A stretch of 64,000 nucleotides of DNA. Origin: Catajapyx aquilonaris. Taxonomy: Eukaryota. The notes below the pieces were generated by a model, which made no database searches, had not been told where the DNA came from, and saw only the letters and a program-made list of their open reading frames with translations. Every line of letters starts with the position of its first letter. Position 1 is the first letter of the stretch. Position numbers and translations under genes: made by a program. Shown here piece after piece: positions 1 to 11,045 of this stretch. Location of the stretch: assembly GCA_000934665.2 (NCBI GenBank), contig KZ538087.1, forward strand, positions 1 through 64,000, given 5' to 3'.

Positions 1-418
1 TATACATGGACAGTTTCACATGTTGAAAACATGAACAACTTTACTAAATAAAAATAAATGTTGAAAAAGTGTTCCATGGTACAGCACTCTCCCCTACATA
101 TAATGTAGATTATATAAGTTCTTAAATTCGGTGGTCTTTTATGGTACACCCTGTATGTACAGGTTCCAAATAACCTAAAAATTGAAATCAACGACCCCTA
201 AAACATGGGCAGACAGGTGTTTTGCGTACTTAGACGGTTTAGTTGAGGAGCTATCATTTTCGACCGTGTTTTTTTCTGATATCAAACACTGTGCAGGTGT
301 GCCAACGCAATTTTCTCAAGTTGTCGGGCCTTCAAATGTACTAGAATGTATACAGTGGTTCCATATTCATCAATACATCAGTACTGTAAATCTGGACAGC
401 TCTCTCTAATTACAATTA

Positions 419-562
419 CAGTTGAATCCTGATATAACAGACTTCAAGGGATCGCGACAACCAGAATGTTATAACCCAGGTCTGCTACAGCCGAATACAC
501 AAACCAGATATGGAAGTATGTCGGGACTGGCCTTTCGAGTCTGTTATATCCGGATTCAACTG
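419..562. mobile_element. pogo/Tc1-type MITE with about 25-bp TIRs and TA target duplication
   Basis: TA|CAGTTGAATCCTGATATAACAGACT ... AGTCTGTTATATCCGGATTCAACTG|TA. Confidence 0.8.
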
Positions 563-837
563 TATTATTGTAATTCCAAGTAGGCTAATAAGCTTGCTAA
601 TAAGCATCACTATAATATACTGGTACCTCACCTTTTCAGATAAGTGTTCTGATGATGTCTCCTTGCACAGTCGAAACTGGGCTCGACTCTGGGCTCTGAA
701 TCTGTGTGAGATGACGACGAGAAGGGATGGTGATGTGACGATGCCCCGAACGGAGGTCAAAGGTCAAACCAGAGAAGGACGGGGGTAAAGAGGAGTTCCA
801 ACCAGTTCCAATCAACAAAAGGCGAAAGATTTACATG

Positions 838-984
838 AGGATTGAAGAGGAACCAGAGGAACCAGAGAGAGGAACCAGAGAGGAACCAGAGAGGAACCAG
901 AGAGGAACCAGAGAGGAACAAGAGAGAGGAACCAGAGAGGAACAAGAGAGAGGAACCAGAGACAGGATTGAAGAGGAACCAGAG
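838..984. repeat. Minisatellite, about 11-bp unit GAGGAACCAGA with variants
   Basis: Roughly a dozen tandem GAGGAAC(C/A)AGA(GA) units bounded by AGGATTGAAGAGGAACCAGAG at both ends. Absent from duplicate copy 2. Confidence 0.9.
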
Positions 985-1012
985 TAACAGAATGGCCAAC
1001 GGACAAAAGGTG

Positions 1013-1034
1013 AAAATGGCCGTTGGTGACGTCA
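1013..1034 (-). promoter_or_regulatory. Putative core promoter in copy 1: CRE palindrome plus YY1-like motif
   Basis: AAAATGGCC (GGCCATTTT on minus) at 1013-1021 and TGACGTCA at 1027-1034, conserved in copy 2. Confidence 0.4.
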
Positions 1035-1204
1035 CATCTGGTCGGTTAGTCAGGCTTGGAAACATGGTCTTTATTCACAACAGGGCTTGTGATTAGGAAA
1101 AACCATTTCCGTGTGTCCAAATCATACAAAAAGCGATTGTAGCGGATTGTAGAAATCAATAGCGTGATTTTATTATCCACAAGTATACATTAGTAACTCA
1201 GGTC

Positions 1205-1714
1205 CAAGGTGTGGCTCCTCTCCGGTTTTTTTTGTGATGCCCGTCAGCAAGGCAAAAGCGGGTTCAAATTTTCTCCGCCAGAGAGCACTTGCGTCGACAT
1301 TAGGTCGAGGCTGAGGCCCAGGCGTTGATAAATATGTTCACTTCTCTACTTTCAGTCTATGGTTCTAGGCCTGGTCAAGCGTCTGTGGTGTCAAAGATTA
1401 GAGAATAGAAGAGAGCCTATTAACTTTTTGGGGGGGGGGTCGCCCTAATGCCGATCGTCGCGCGCTCTGTCGGCAGATTTCTAAGCTGATTTCTCCTTCG
1501 AGAGGGGCTTCACGAATAAGCAGCTATTTTGGCCCAAGTGGAGGCACCGCTGTATCATCAGTCCAAAAAGAATTGTCCCTCGCGTCGAGCGGGCAGCCAC
1601 GCGTCAGGATGAAAGGAACCAGTTAACTGGTTGCTTTCATCCTGACGCGTGGCTGCCCGCTCGACGCGAGGGACAATTCTTTTGGAACTGTTGATACTTG
1701 ATACCTGCACCGTG
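1205..1714. mobile_element. Non-autonomous hAT-like element with 8-bp TSD
   Basis: Present in copy 1 and absent in copy 2. Flanked by CTCAGGTC (1197-1204 and 1715-1722), with imperfect TIRs CAAGGTGTGG ... CCTGCACCGTG. Confidence 0.75.
1552..1697. repeat. Spacerless near-perfect palindrome (73-bp arms)
   Basis: Centred on AGTT|AACT at 1624/1625, with about 4 mismatches between arms. Confidence 0.95.
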
Positions 1715-2540
1715 CTCAGGTCTTGTAATAAATAAGATAGCTATTTTCCAGTATAGCCAGTTATCTGCGGCTCTTTTTTCTAACGCTATACGTGATTTCC
1801 GGCCCTCCCTCTTCCGGCGGCAATCTTTTCGTTTTGTTCTTTCTTTAGAAGACAAGAGTCGCCTATTTCCCACTCTCCATCTCCTCACGTCTTGGCCTGG
1901 CTGGACACTGGACTAGAGACGACTGTGGGGGAAAGGCGTACGGTAGTTGCCCCTTCATGTGTTGTTGAACGAGGCGTTTGCCCCTGTCCAGGGGTGGCGT
2001 GAGAGGGGAAGAAACTAGAATCGACTGGACTGAATCGACTGATACACAGACTGACTGGTAATGATAATCAGATGCTTGGAGAGGTGTATTCCAAATCAAA
2101 AGGTTCACTAGCATTAGCACGAGATCACATTCATAAGAGTGTCAATGTACAGAAGTTAAAGTTTTCTCGATGCTGGTCAAAGTTAGCATAGTATTTTTGG
2201 GGGGAATTGTCTTCTCCAGTTGACAGAATCTGTAAACGGAGCTGAAGCTAATGGTCTCATACTTCCTTATTGTTATTGTGATAGTTTATGCCAGCAAATA
2301 ATGGAAGAGGCCTCACTAATACACTCATTTTTGCATTGGAAAATTTTCCTTGTTAGGCTGCTGGCATAATGTAAAATCTGTGTAAAATATACCAATTCAG
2401 ATAAACGTCTAAAATTTAATTCTCTGCCGAACTCTCTCTAACACCAATTGTAACAAAAAACAGCTGGCAGCCTTCCAGGAAAAGCAAGAGACTGTTTTCC
2501 CTGTCAATGAACTTCAAAGAGATATCACAACTAAAATTAA

Positions 2541-2890
2541 TGGCCTTTTCCCAGTATGTTCTCATGTGTGCCTGTTTAACCTACACCCCACATTAAACCT
2601 TGATCCACAAAATGTGGGGAATATATGCTTTCATTACTGTCCGTAGTTTCATGAGAATTTTCTCAATTATTAAGCTTAATTTTTTTTTTCATGTAGTGTA
2701 TGATATTGGCTCGGCATATATGGAATTTCGCCTTTGAATGGTTTTTCTCCCATATGTATGTGCATGCGATTTCTCAATGTTCAGGCCTGTCTAAAAGGTT
2801 TCTTACAAACCACACAAGTGAATGGCTTATCTCCAGTTTGGAATTCTCCTTAGCATTACATATATGGGCAATTCGTAACCCCGTGTGCGT
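2541..2890 (-). pseudogene. Degenerate C2H2 (Kruppel-type) zinc-finger array relic
   Basis: Minus strand 2840-2720 translates [37 protein letters not shown]. Further linker relics near 2890 (HTGLRIAHIC) and 2570-2541 (frameshifted HMRT..GKRP). Contains an in-frame stop and frameshifts. Confidence 0.8.
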
Positions 2891-3060
2891 GTAGACCTAC
2901 CTGTCTGAACCACATATTATGCCAGTGCCATATAGCTTCAGAATGGCCATTGTCGCTGTCGCGAATAAAAAACACAACAACCAAACCATTAATCTATCTT
3001 TCCATCGTCAATATACCCTTTCCAGCTAGCAGTCCGGCATCAACTTTCGTGGTATACCAG

Positions 3061-3272
3061 CAGTGGCGGATCCAGAAATTTTTTCAGGGGGGTGGGTGGC
3101 ACAAGGGTATAGGTGGGGTGGGGGGGAGGGGTTATAAAGATCTGTGCAGACTGGTGTCTTTGGGCCCACATTTGTCGCTGTTAGTGGTGCATGCAGAAAT
3201 TTCTCTGAGGGAGGGGGGAAATTTTTCCAGCTTGTCACAANGGGGGGGGGGCACCCCCTGAATCAGCGCCTG
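3061..3272. mobile_element. hAT-like MITE with 8-bp TSD
   Basis: TATACCAG|CAGTGGCGGATCCAG ... CTGAATCAGCGCCTG|TATACCAG; G-rich interior. Confidence 0.85.
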
Positions 3273-5817
3273 TATACCAGACATACAGACGATACAGTAA
3301 TATTCCAGGGTCTTCTCCCGAGACCTAGGGGGCGGATTCTCGGGGACTTTACGGGAGGCCCGCAAGTCGCAAACGCCCGTAAACGTGACGTCACGCCCCG
3401 GCGGGAAGGAAAGGCCCGCAAAGATACGGGTGGGTGGCAGCACCTGTAAGTCGCCTGTCGCTCTCAAAAATGGCCCCTTCCCCGACAGCAGCTGTGTGTC
3501 CGTAAGGCGGGGATCGAATTATTTACGGATACCCAGGTCCTTTGATTGGGCTCACGGGACGTGCACATAAACGTAAGTATTTCGCCACTAGTGACGCCAC
3601 TACTAGGGTTGGATTCACAAATAACGGAAAGCACTTGACGGGACATCGTATTGTTGAGCCAGGGATGGGAAACCCGAGGCCGAATCTGATCGAAAAGCTG
3701 GTCAATGGGAAAACCTGTTTCATGTATGGATGCTTACAATGTACCACACACTGGTAATAGTTTGGTTCATGAGAGTTAGGAAGTGTTGAGAGTGATGAAA
3801 TGTGACGGCTGCCAGAAAATTGGGAGCTAATATTATCTATTGTTGTTATTATTTTGTTTGGATGCTGCTTAAAAGTAGCCTTATAACTAATGTACCATGA
3901 TAATTTTGTTCAATTTCAGGTTGTATGAATGTAATTATTGTAAAGCAAGGGAAATTAAAAATAAATTATTGTAACACATTTCAACATCTCATGCACTTTG
4001 AAACCGGGTGACTGAAGACCCATATACCACCCCACAAGGAAAGAACTGCACTTGCATCCTTTTGCTTCTGTGCATGAGATAGCTCCTCCCTACCTAAATC
4101 ATAGGGGCCTAATTAAGTAATTAATAGCGAAACCCGAATTCGTATGCAGGCACCTGGTACGATCAGTAGTAGTTACTTATTCTCGCTGTGATTTTCTCAA
4201 TAGCGTTTAATCCCGTCGCCGTCCATTGTACGGCGGTGGGAATGCACCCTTTTCCTCTGGGCCATTGGCTCCTGTCCTATTCCGGTGGGCGGAGCTCCAA
4301 GAACCCCCATATCTCCCCCCTACTTTCAATTCTTCCTTGTATGGACTTACGGGGTACCGTTGGTCCTGAAGGAAGTGTCCTCGGAAGTATTGTTGTTAAG
4401 GGACGCAAGAGGTAGAAAGGGACTTGTTGTGGCGGGTAGTGAGGTGACCTCCCCGAGAGAGGTTCCTGCGTGAGGCCACGCATAATCCGCCGACAAAGCA
4501 TTCCATGGACCATGGTTACCGAATACCGCTGCTGTAAATGGGACGCAACATTGAAGAGGCTTCATTGTTGTGGCAGGCCGTGGGTGTCACCTCCCTAGGA
4601 GGAACCCTACGTGTCCGGGCAGTATCCGCCAGCAGTTGGAGATAACAAGTAGAAGGCGTGTGCATCCAGAAGAGTGTCCACATCATCACAGTATCGTACA
4701 GGAATGAAAGACAAGGCCAGCTTTCACCTTCTCCTGACAACCCAGAGGAGTGCCATTAAACGACGACAGACGTGTCAATGTAATGAGTGAGCTGTGAAGA
4801 TCGTTAGAGGTCAAGAAGGTACCTTGCGACTGACGATGGGTTTTGTGTGCGAGAAAGTGTATTGTTATTTGAAGGGTCGATGTGTGTGTGATGCAGAGGA
4901 GAGAAGGTGAAAAGGAATGAGGGTATATATACTTTTGCATTTACTGTATTATGTTGAAATGGCATACCTGCTCTGTCATTGACTTCCTTCACTGCCACAC
5001 AAAGGGGGGGGGGGGGGGGGGTGNNNNNNNGGTGACCAGGCACCTCACCTAAATTAAAACCTCACAACCCTCTATTTCGACCACTCTGTGACAAGGAATA
5101 AGGTTTTTCTTGGAATCCCGAATGGCAACACCATTTATGCAAATGTCTGGTTTTGAGCGTGGTATTTAATGTTTAATCATTCACTTGTTTCCTGCATACC
5201 AAAAAGGCCTTTCCGGTTCTGACAACAATTGCCATATAAAGCGCAAGAATTATTAAGGTAATAAAAGAAATCTGAAGGTAGATACCATTTTACTCATGGT
5301 CCGATGGTACGGTACTGTTCAAAATTAGTAAAGGGCTGCCAGCTGTGTCGGAAGTAGTTGAACTTGATATTCCGGCGCGTGATTTCATATTCAAAAAAGG
5401 TGCCGACGCGACGTCCAGCCGTCTAATCCTCTGCTCTGCCCGATATTGTTGCGTATGTTACCATTGTTGTGATCAACAGACACGGACCATGTAAGAAGGG
5501 GTTCTTCCTATCCTATCTGACCACTTCCCCGCATCACACTCCGGTTCAATTTCCCATGATGCATAGTCTCCCTTACACCAGCTGAGAAGGGAGGGTCGAC
5601 GTGGAGAGAGAGAAGCGGACGAATCAGCGAGCAAGCAGGTTGGTCCCGGGCTGTGCTCCGGGACTTACGTCTACTACCAGTCGGACTACGACTTGCGACC
5701 ACGAGCAGCCTCTTACGTCTACTACCGGTCTGACCCTGACATCCCATTGCGAGCAGTCCACGAGTATCAACGATCAACTTACATGTCTGAACTCTGAAGA
5801 GTACTGACCCCCACCGA

Positions 5818-5998
5818 AGCAGGTTGGTGGAGGGGATAAGGCGTCCGACTGCTAATCGGGAGGTATTGGGTTCGAGTCCCGGGGCCGGCGATCCTGACTG
5901 TGGTTTTCTGTGGTTTCCCACGGTCTTCCCAGGAAAATTCCGGGGTCGCTTCCGTAAATAATAGGCCAAAGTCTTCCTTTCCTATCCTTGACCCATCC
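5818..5998 (+). mobile_element. tRNA-derived SINE (family 1)
   Basis: A box TGGTGGAGGGG (5825-5835), anticodon-like arm TCCGA-CTGCTAA-TCGGG and B box GGTTCGAGTCC (5869-5879). These are followed by a GGTTTTCTGTGGTTTCCC...CCAGGAAAATTCCGGG body resembling arthropod SINEs. The 3' end is approximate. Confidence 0.8.
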
Positions 5999-6774
5999 AT
6001 GGGGAGGTGCGGTGTCGGTGGGGTGTTTCTGCCCCGCACGGAGGAACTGCAACCTGACCCCCTGGGTGACTGCACACGACCCCCAACATTAAGACAACGC
6101 ACTTGCACAAGTGTCCCCTCCTCACAAATCCCTATCCTGATCCCTGCACCGCACAGGAGAGAAAAATGCGAAAGAAAATTCGTAAGAAAAAATGGTGGTA
6201 ATCTACCCCCCNNNNNCCCCCCCCCCCCCTAAAATGAGTTCGTTCCCTCCAATGGGGCAAAAAGAAAAGGAGTACCGCGATCGTCCTTCAGCAGTTGACA
6301 TCGTTCGCAGAAGAGTAACATTTCCTGTCCTTCTGCAGTTCATCTGTCCGTATGCAAAGAGTACCTATCCTGTCCTTTAGTATCAACGGTCCTGTTGCAC
6401 CTTAGTGCCAAGCTGACCTTTACCGAAGGACTAATCCGGTATGCCCAAATGATCCACTTGTCCTTGTGCATCAACAATCTGTACTTCGACGTGTACTACC
6501 CAATTGTCCTTGACCCTTGTCAAGATATCCAGAAGAAGAGGACCAGCCCGTCCTTCCTCCGACTGACAACAGTCCAGCAGAAGCGGACACTAAACCCCTG
6601 CAGTCAAGTAGCAGGACCTGCAGTCCAATCCTGCCGAGCAGACATTCACACGTACAGCCCACGACGTGTACAGTGCAGTCCAGCAGAGGCATCATCTGGC
6701 CGTACTGCCCACGACGCATCCATTCCAGTGGAAGACCAGGTAGAACCGTTTTTCCACTGACCAACCTGTACACC

Positions 6775-8254
6775 TGTCACGAGGTCAAATTCAAGAGGCC
6801 CCAAAAGCAGAGAGTGACGTACTAAGGTGCAATTTAAAGAGAGAATTTATTCTCAAAAATAAACAACTGTTCAGGAAAAGAAAGGACCAAGTCCGCAAAA
6901 ATTAAAGGTTCACAATAAATTGGGATGTGGATAATGGACGGCTAGGAAGGTCAGATTAACAATCATAACAATCCTGAACAAAATATCCAAATCATGTTTA
7001 CAACCAGAGTCATAACCAACACACTTGGCACTCATGGAAATAACACTCCACACTCACTTTCACTTTCTACGCCCGCTTCACTCTCCACTAGCCCGGAGCG
7101 ATAAAGAAGAGCAGGCCCAAAAAAAAAGGGTATGCACTGGCGTAACTAAGCAACACGCACCGACACACACATACGTTCTATAGAAGATCCAGGTCCGGAT
7201 CTCCAGAGTTGAACAAACACTCCGGTGAGATGACAAATCCTCGTTGGTGTCCTTGATAACGAGAGTCCAACTTCACCACTGTCGTTGAACACCGGCATCT
7301 ACAGCCCAGTGTCAAACAGTGCGACACTTCCCCAATAAAAAGGGGAAGGGAGGGAAGGCAAAGGAAACGACCGTGTACAATTTTACCACGGCCTCCAAAC
7401 CTTCAAACCACTGACAAGTAACGGGAACCCACCCGTACCACAGTAACTCCCCAGAATTACGTACAAGTACCTTTTACTCGTACAACCCAAAAGGGGGGAA
7501 AATAGCAAGTCACCCAGCGTACACAGAGCATACCAGCTCCGCTGAGGAGACGCCACATACTGACCACGCAGGGCCAGAAAAACTCTTCAAGAAAAAAAAA
7601 TCCTAGCGACTAAGCAATTCCATTTTACAAGCCGAGTCCGTGAGACAGGCCAGTCAAAAGTCACACGCGACAACACCCAAGTTATTCCTGCCCATCAGCA
7701 ACTTTCCTGCCCTCAGAGAAACGGTCCACGCGCAGTAATTGGACCAGAGTGTGATTGAATAAATAACTGGTCAAACAAGACAAGTGTGTCGACCTTGATA
7801 AAACCTTGCACCTTCTGGGTCAAGCATCCTTACAGACCACGCGACGGGTCTCCCTGCCAATGTACGTGATCTAGGTTGGCCAGACGTTCTTCTTTAAGAT
7901 GGACAGTCTATCTTTCGAGCACTCTGTCGTTCTTCCTTCTTCACCTAAAGAAGGACGCTCATTTGCCCCTTTTGGGTCCAGTCAATTTCCTTGACCTGTA
8001 CTAGAACATCGGAAAATTTGGGAGTTGAAGCCCACAATAACAAGCACCCCTGGAGACGGCTAATAAAGGATAGAAACACACACACGAAAAAAACTTACCT
8101 ACCTTCAATTCAATGCTCTTCACAGTGCCTTTGCAGTGAAACCCACAATACCTGTTACCTAAAAATGTTCCATTCAGAGAGATATATTGTAAAAGGGGTA
8201 ACAATTCATCCCATATTTCCAGCTCGTTCTAATTACATCCCTGGCGCAGTTACA
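6775..8254 (-). mobile_element. Possible solo LTR (Gypsy-like)
   Basis: Minus strand begins TGTAAC and ends CGTGACA, with AATAAA about 70 nt before the end and no ORF. No matching TSD or PBS seen. Confidence 0.3.
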
Positions 8255-9067
8255 GTGTAGAATGAAAAGGATTCGTTATTTTCAGTTCAGTATTTAAGGT
8301 AATTTCATTCTTGTCGACATGTTTTTGCAGAGTCACAAGGAGGGCAGTAAGACATGTGTCATATATGTTTTTGTTCTTGTTTTTGATGAAACACATAATA
8401 TTGGTGTTCACGCTCCCTGATCTGCTTGTATTCCACACATTGCAGTGCGTGAAAGTGTGGCACCAACCAGGTCATTTAGCATACCAGTATACTGCAATAA
8501 TTGGTGATAGGTTGAACCAACAAGATGTCTAGACACTCAACTGAAATTGGCATAAACGAGGAATGGTGAAAATTGTCACAATAAGGTGCGAATAGTCATG
8601 AGAACAGGATTATTTGGCCCTGATCTAGGCAAGTAAAGGTCAGAGAACTCGGCCAATCATCAATGACAAAGCAACCAAACTTGATTAAATGTACGAGTAT
8701 AATGCTACTGCATATTTGAATTTCAGTAAAGGTTTTCGGGTAATTGATGAATAGACAACACCTTATTGCCATATTCAGGTCCTTTGCATTTATATGTACT
8801 CACCAATCTGAATCTACATCAACGCACAGAGATGATGGACATGGATAATTATACTGTACAAATCTATTGGTACAGGCTCGGGTCCAGCAGGGCATGCAAG
8901 TTCAGGAAATATTGAGAGCTACTGATGGGAGAGAAATACTAACACAAAACGTAGTTTGTCAGCTATGTATTTTTTCGGTGTCAGAGTACAAAAGCACATG
9001 TACATATTAGGCAGGAGCATTTACTCCAGCAGGAGCTTTTACTCCAGCTCGAGCAATTATTCTAGCA

Positions 9068-10168
9068 TCATTCGGAAAAGAGCATAGGTCTCCCTTCAAG
9101 CCTATCATACCTCAGGAAGAAGTTTCTTTGAACTTCCTTCCAGCTCTTGCGATGAAAGACACAGTAGGTGCCCCTCTCATACTTAGGCGTCCTCTCAGTG
9201 GGTTCCACCCCTGGCAGACAGGTCATCCAAAACTTCTTTGTAGTGTGGTACCGCCAGCCTCGATCGTACAGCTCTGCAGCTGCCCCTAACTGCACGGTGT
9301 CTCCAGGGAAAAGATAAAAGAATGAGAACATCTGGTCGTCGTTGTAACGATCAAACCGAATGGGAGGGAGTCTGTGCCCGATCGTCGACTTGATGCCATA
9401 TGGTTTTGAACAGTCCCATTCGAAATACCGTGGTGGGGACTTGCGTCTTATTGCAAATAGCACCTCTACACTGCTGACCTTTACACTTGGTCCCTTGACA
9501 GCTGATGCTTCATCACCTTCCATGGTATTTGGAAGTGCTGGAAAGTCGTCCTCCTTCAGAATGGACTCAGATGATTCCATTACTGGCTGCTTCACATCCG
9601 CCTTCAGTTCGAGCTGCATAGCAGGAGGGGGGCTAGCTGAGGTCAAGTCCATGACACTTGCCACCGAAGAACCAAATGTAGGGGCCTCCACCTGCCCCAT
9701 GTACAGATCAGAGGCTGAACCTGTCAGCATGGACAACACATCTAGTGATGAGCCATCAACTCCAGAAGCAACACGATGCTCCACTCCTCCTGCCACAGCA
9801 TCTGCTGCTGTCATTGCTGCTGGACCGTTGAATGACAGCAGTTGTTGGGGCCCCTCAAGATGCATCATCCCCACTAGCCCCTGCTGGTGATCCTGGTCAG
9901 TAGAGTCATCAGGCCCCCGGCTCATGTCCTTTGCTTCTGGACCAGATCCATCTGCATACTGAGCCACACCAGAAGCAGGATTCTTGGGAAACATGTTGTG
10001 CTGGCTCAAGGTTCTCCAAATCCAGACAACAGCAACACCTCCAGGCACCACCCACCTGTTCCTCCAAAAGGTCTCCTCCAACTTACCAACTTCCAAACGT
10101 GACCCCACTTGGCCCTTGGTAGAAGCTGGGTCAGGCAGCAGCTGAAATGTCGGTAAAGAGCTCATCAT
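9068..10168 (-). CDS. CNOT2: Divergent CCR4-NOT subunit 2 (CNOT2/NOT2/Regena)-like protein, 366 aa from first ATG, single coding exon
   Basis: EDDFPALP motif and C-terminal NOT2/3/5 NOT-box (IRFDRYNDDQMFSFFYLFPGDTVQLGAAAELYDRGWRYH...ERGTYCVFHRKSWKEVQRNFFLRYDRLEGRP). The ORF track start at 10180 is TTG; first ATG is at 10168. Probably a paralog rather than the canonical ortholog. Confidence 0.9.
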   Translation of the reverse strand: MMSSLPTFQLLPDPASTKGQVGSRLEVGKLEETFWRNRWVVPGGVAVVWIWRTLSQHNMFPKNPASGVAQYADGSGPEAKDMSRGPDDSTDQDHQQGLVGMMHLEGPQQLLSFNGPAAMTAADAVAGGVEHRVASGVDGSSLDVLSMLTGSASDLYMGQVEAPTFGSSVASVMDLTSASPPPAMQLELKADVKQPVMESSESILKEDDFPALPNTMEGDEASAVKGPSVKVSSVEVLFAIRRKSPPRYFEWDCSKPYGIKSTIGHRLPPIRFDRYNDDQMFSFFYLFPGDTVQLGAAAELYDRGWRYHTTKKFWMTCLPGVEPTERTPKYERGTYCVFHRKSWKEVQRNFFLRYDRLEGRPMLFSE

Positions 10169-10195
10169 GTTCGGTTTCAAATCTGGTATCTCTCA

Positions 10196-10808
10196 CTGCA
10201 TGAAAGAATTGGTAAGTCAGGAGGAATACATGGAATATCTACTAGTGCAGTGCTCGCCCTCCTGCAGCAAGAAATGATTGACTGTCATATTGTTATTGCA
10301 TGTTCGTGTATGTAACACCACCTGCAATTGAACCATTGTTGAAAGCAATAATGCCAAGCGAGGTAATGAAACATTGTCAACAATGAAGTGGTACAATATA
10401 TTCAATGCAGCAAGTGGGAATTAAGTACGTGCAGATATTATTCACCACTATTGGCTTGCCTTGGATAAGAGAGCAGGGGTGCCAACGTAATTTTCTCAAG
10501 TTGTCGGGCCTTCAAATATACAAGTATGTAAAGTGGTGCCATATTCATCAATACATATCAGTACTGCAAATCTCGACTGCTCACTTTTATTACAATTACA
10601 GTTGAATCCGGATATAACGGACTTCAAGGGACTGCCTATAAGGTCTGCTATAGCCGATGACACAAACCATATAATTATTATTTAATTATGTCGTCGGGAT
10701 TGGCCTTTCGAGTGTGTTATAACCGAGTCTGTTATATCCGGATTCAACTGTACTATTGTAATTCCAACATAGGCTAATAACCATCACTATAAGATACCGG
10801 TACCTCAC
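10196..10808 (-). other. Predicted 5'-UTR intron of the CNOT2-like gene
   Basis: Donor AAAG|GTGAGG at 10808, branch-like CCTGAC and acceptor TTCTTTCATGCAG| at 10196, 27 nt upstream of the ATG. Confidence 0.55.
10599..10750. mobile_element. pogo/Tc1-type MITE (paralogous copy of 419-562)
   Basis: TA|CAGTTGAATCCGGATATAACGGACT ... AGTCTGTTATATCCGGATTCAACTG|TA. Confidence 0.8.
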
Positions 10809-11023
10809 CTTTTCAAATAAGTGGAATAAGTGTTATGATCAGGTCTCCTTGCACAGTCGAAACTGGGCTCGACTCTTGGTCCAGCTCTGACTCCGTGTGA
10901 GATGACGATGGAAGGGCAGGATGCTGTGACGATGCCCCGAACGAAGGTCAAAGGTCAACCCAGAGAAGGACGAGGAAAAATAGCGTCCCAACCAAGACAA
11001 TATTGGCAAACGGACAAAAGGAG

Positions 11024-11045
11024 AAAATGGCCGTTGGTGACGTCA
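11024..11045 (-). promoter_or_regulatory. Putative core promoter of the CNOT2-like gene (CRE plus YY1-like motif)
   Basis: Minus strand TGACGTCA-CCAAC-GGCCATTTT about 220 nt upstream of the predicted splice donor; ETS-like TTCCGG motifs near 11310-11330. Confidence 0.45.

Larger units (their letters stand above)
293..2435. repeat. Duplicated block, copy 1 (direct repeat of 10473-11987)
   Basis: Colinear high similarity from GCAGGTGTGCCAACG (293) to TCTCTGCCGAACTCT (2435). Copy 1 is longer because of a tandem-repeat expansion (838-984) and a 510-bp insertion (1205-1714). Confidence 0.95.

Noticed and set aside
131..155. Lone Tc1-type termini (CACCCTGTA here; similar near 15625 and 62042)
   Set aside because: Partner TIR not found within the window, so elements cannot be delimited
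757..1096. Repetitive ORFs (EEPERNQR / LWFLS) and a superficially CRISPR-like periodicity
   Set aside because: Simple minisatellite with no unique spacers, in a eukaryotic context
3801..5093. Second LTR-like segment (TGTGAC...GTGACA)
   Set aside because: No TSD, PBS/PPT or partner LTR; boundaries ambiguous
5818..5890. Possible tRNA gene (GCT anticodon loop)
   Set aside because: Acceptor stem does not pair, no long Ser variable arm, and it continues into a SINE body
9360..9890. 176-aa plus-strand ORF
   Set aside because: Antisense shadow of the CNOT2-like CDS
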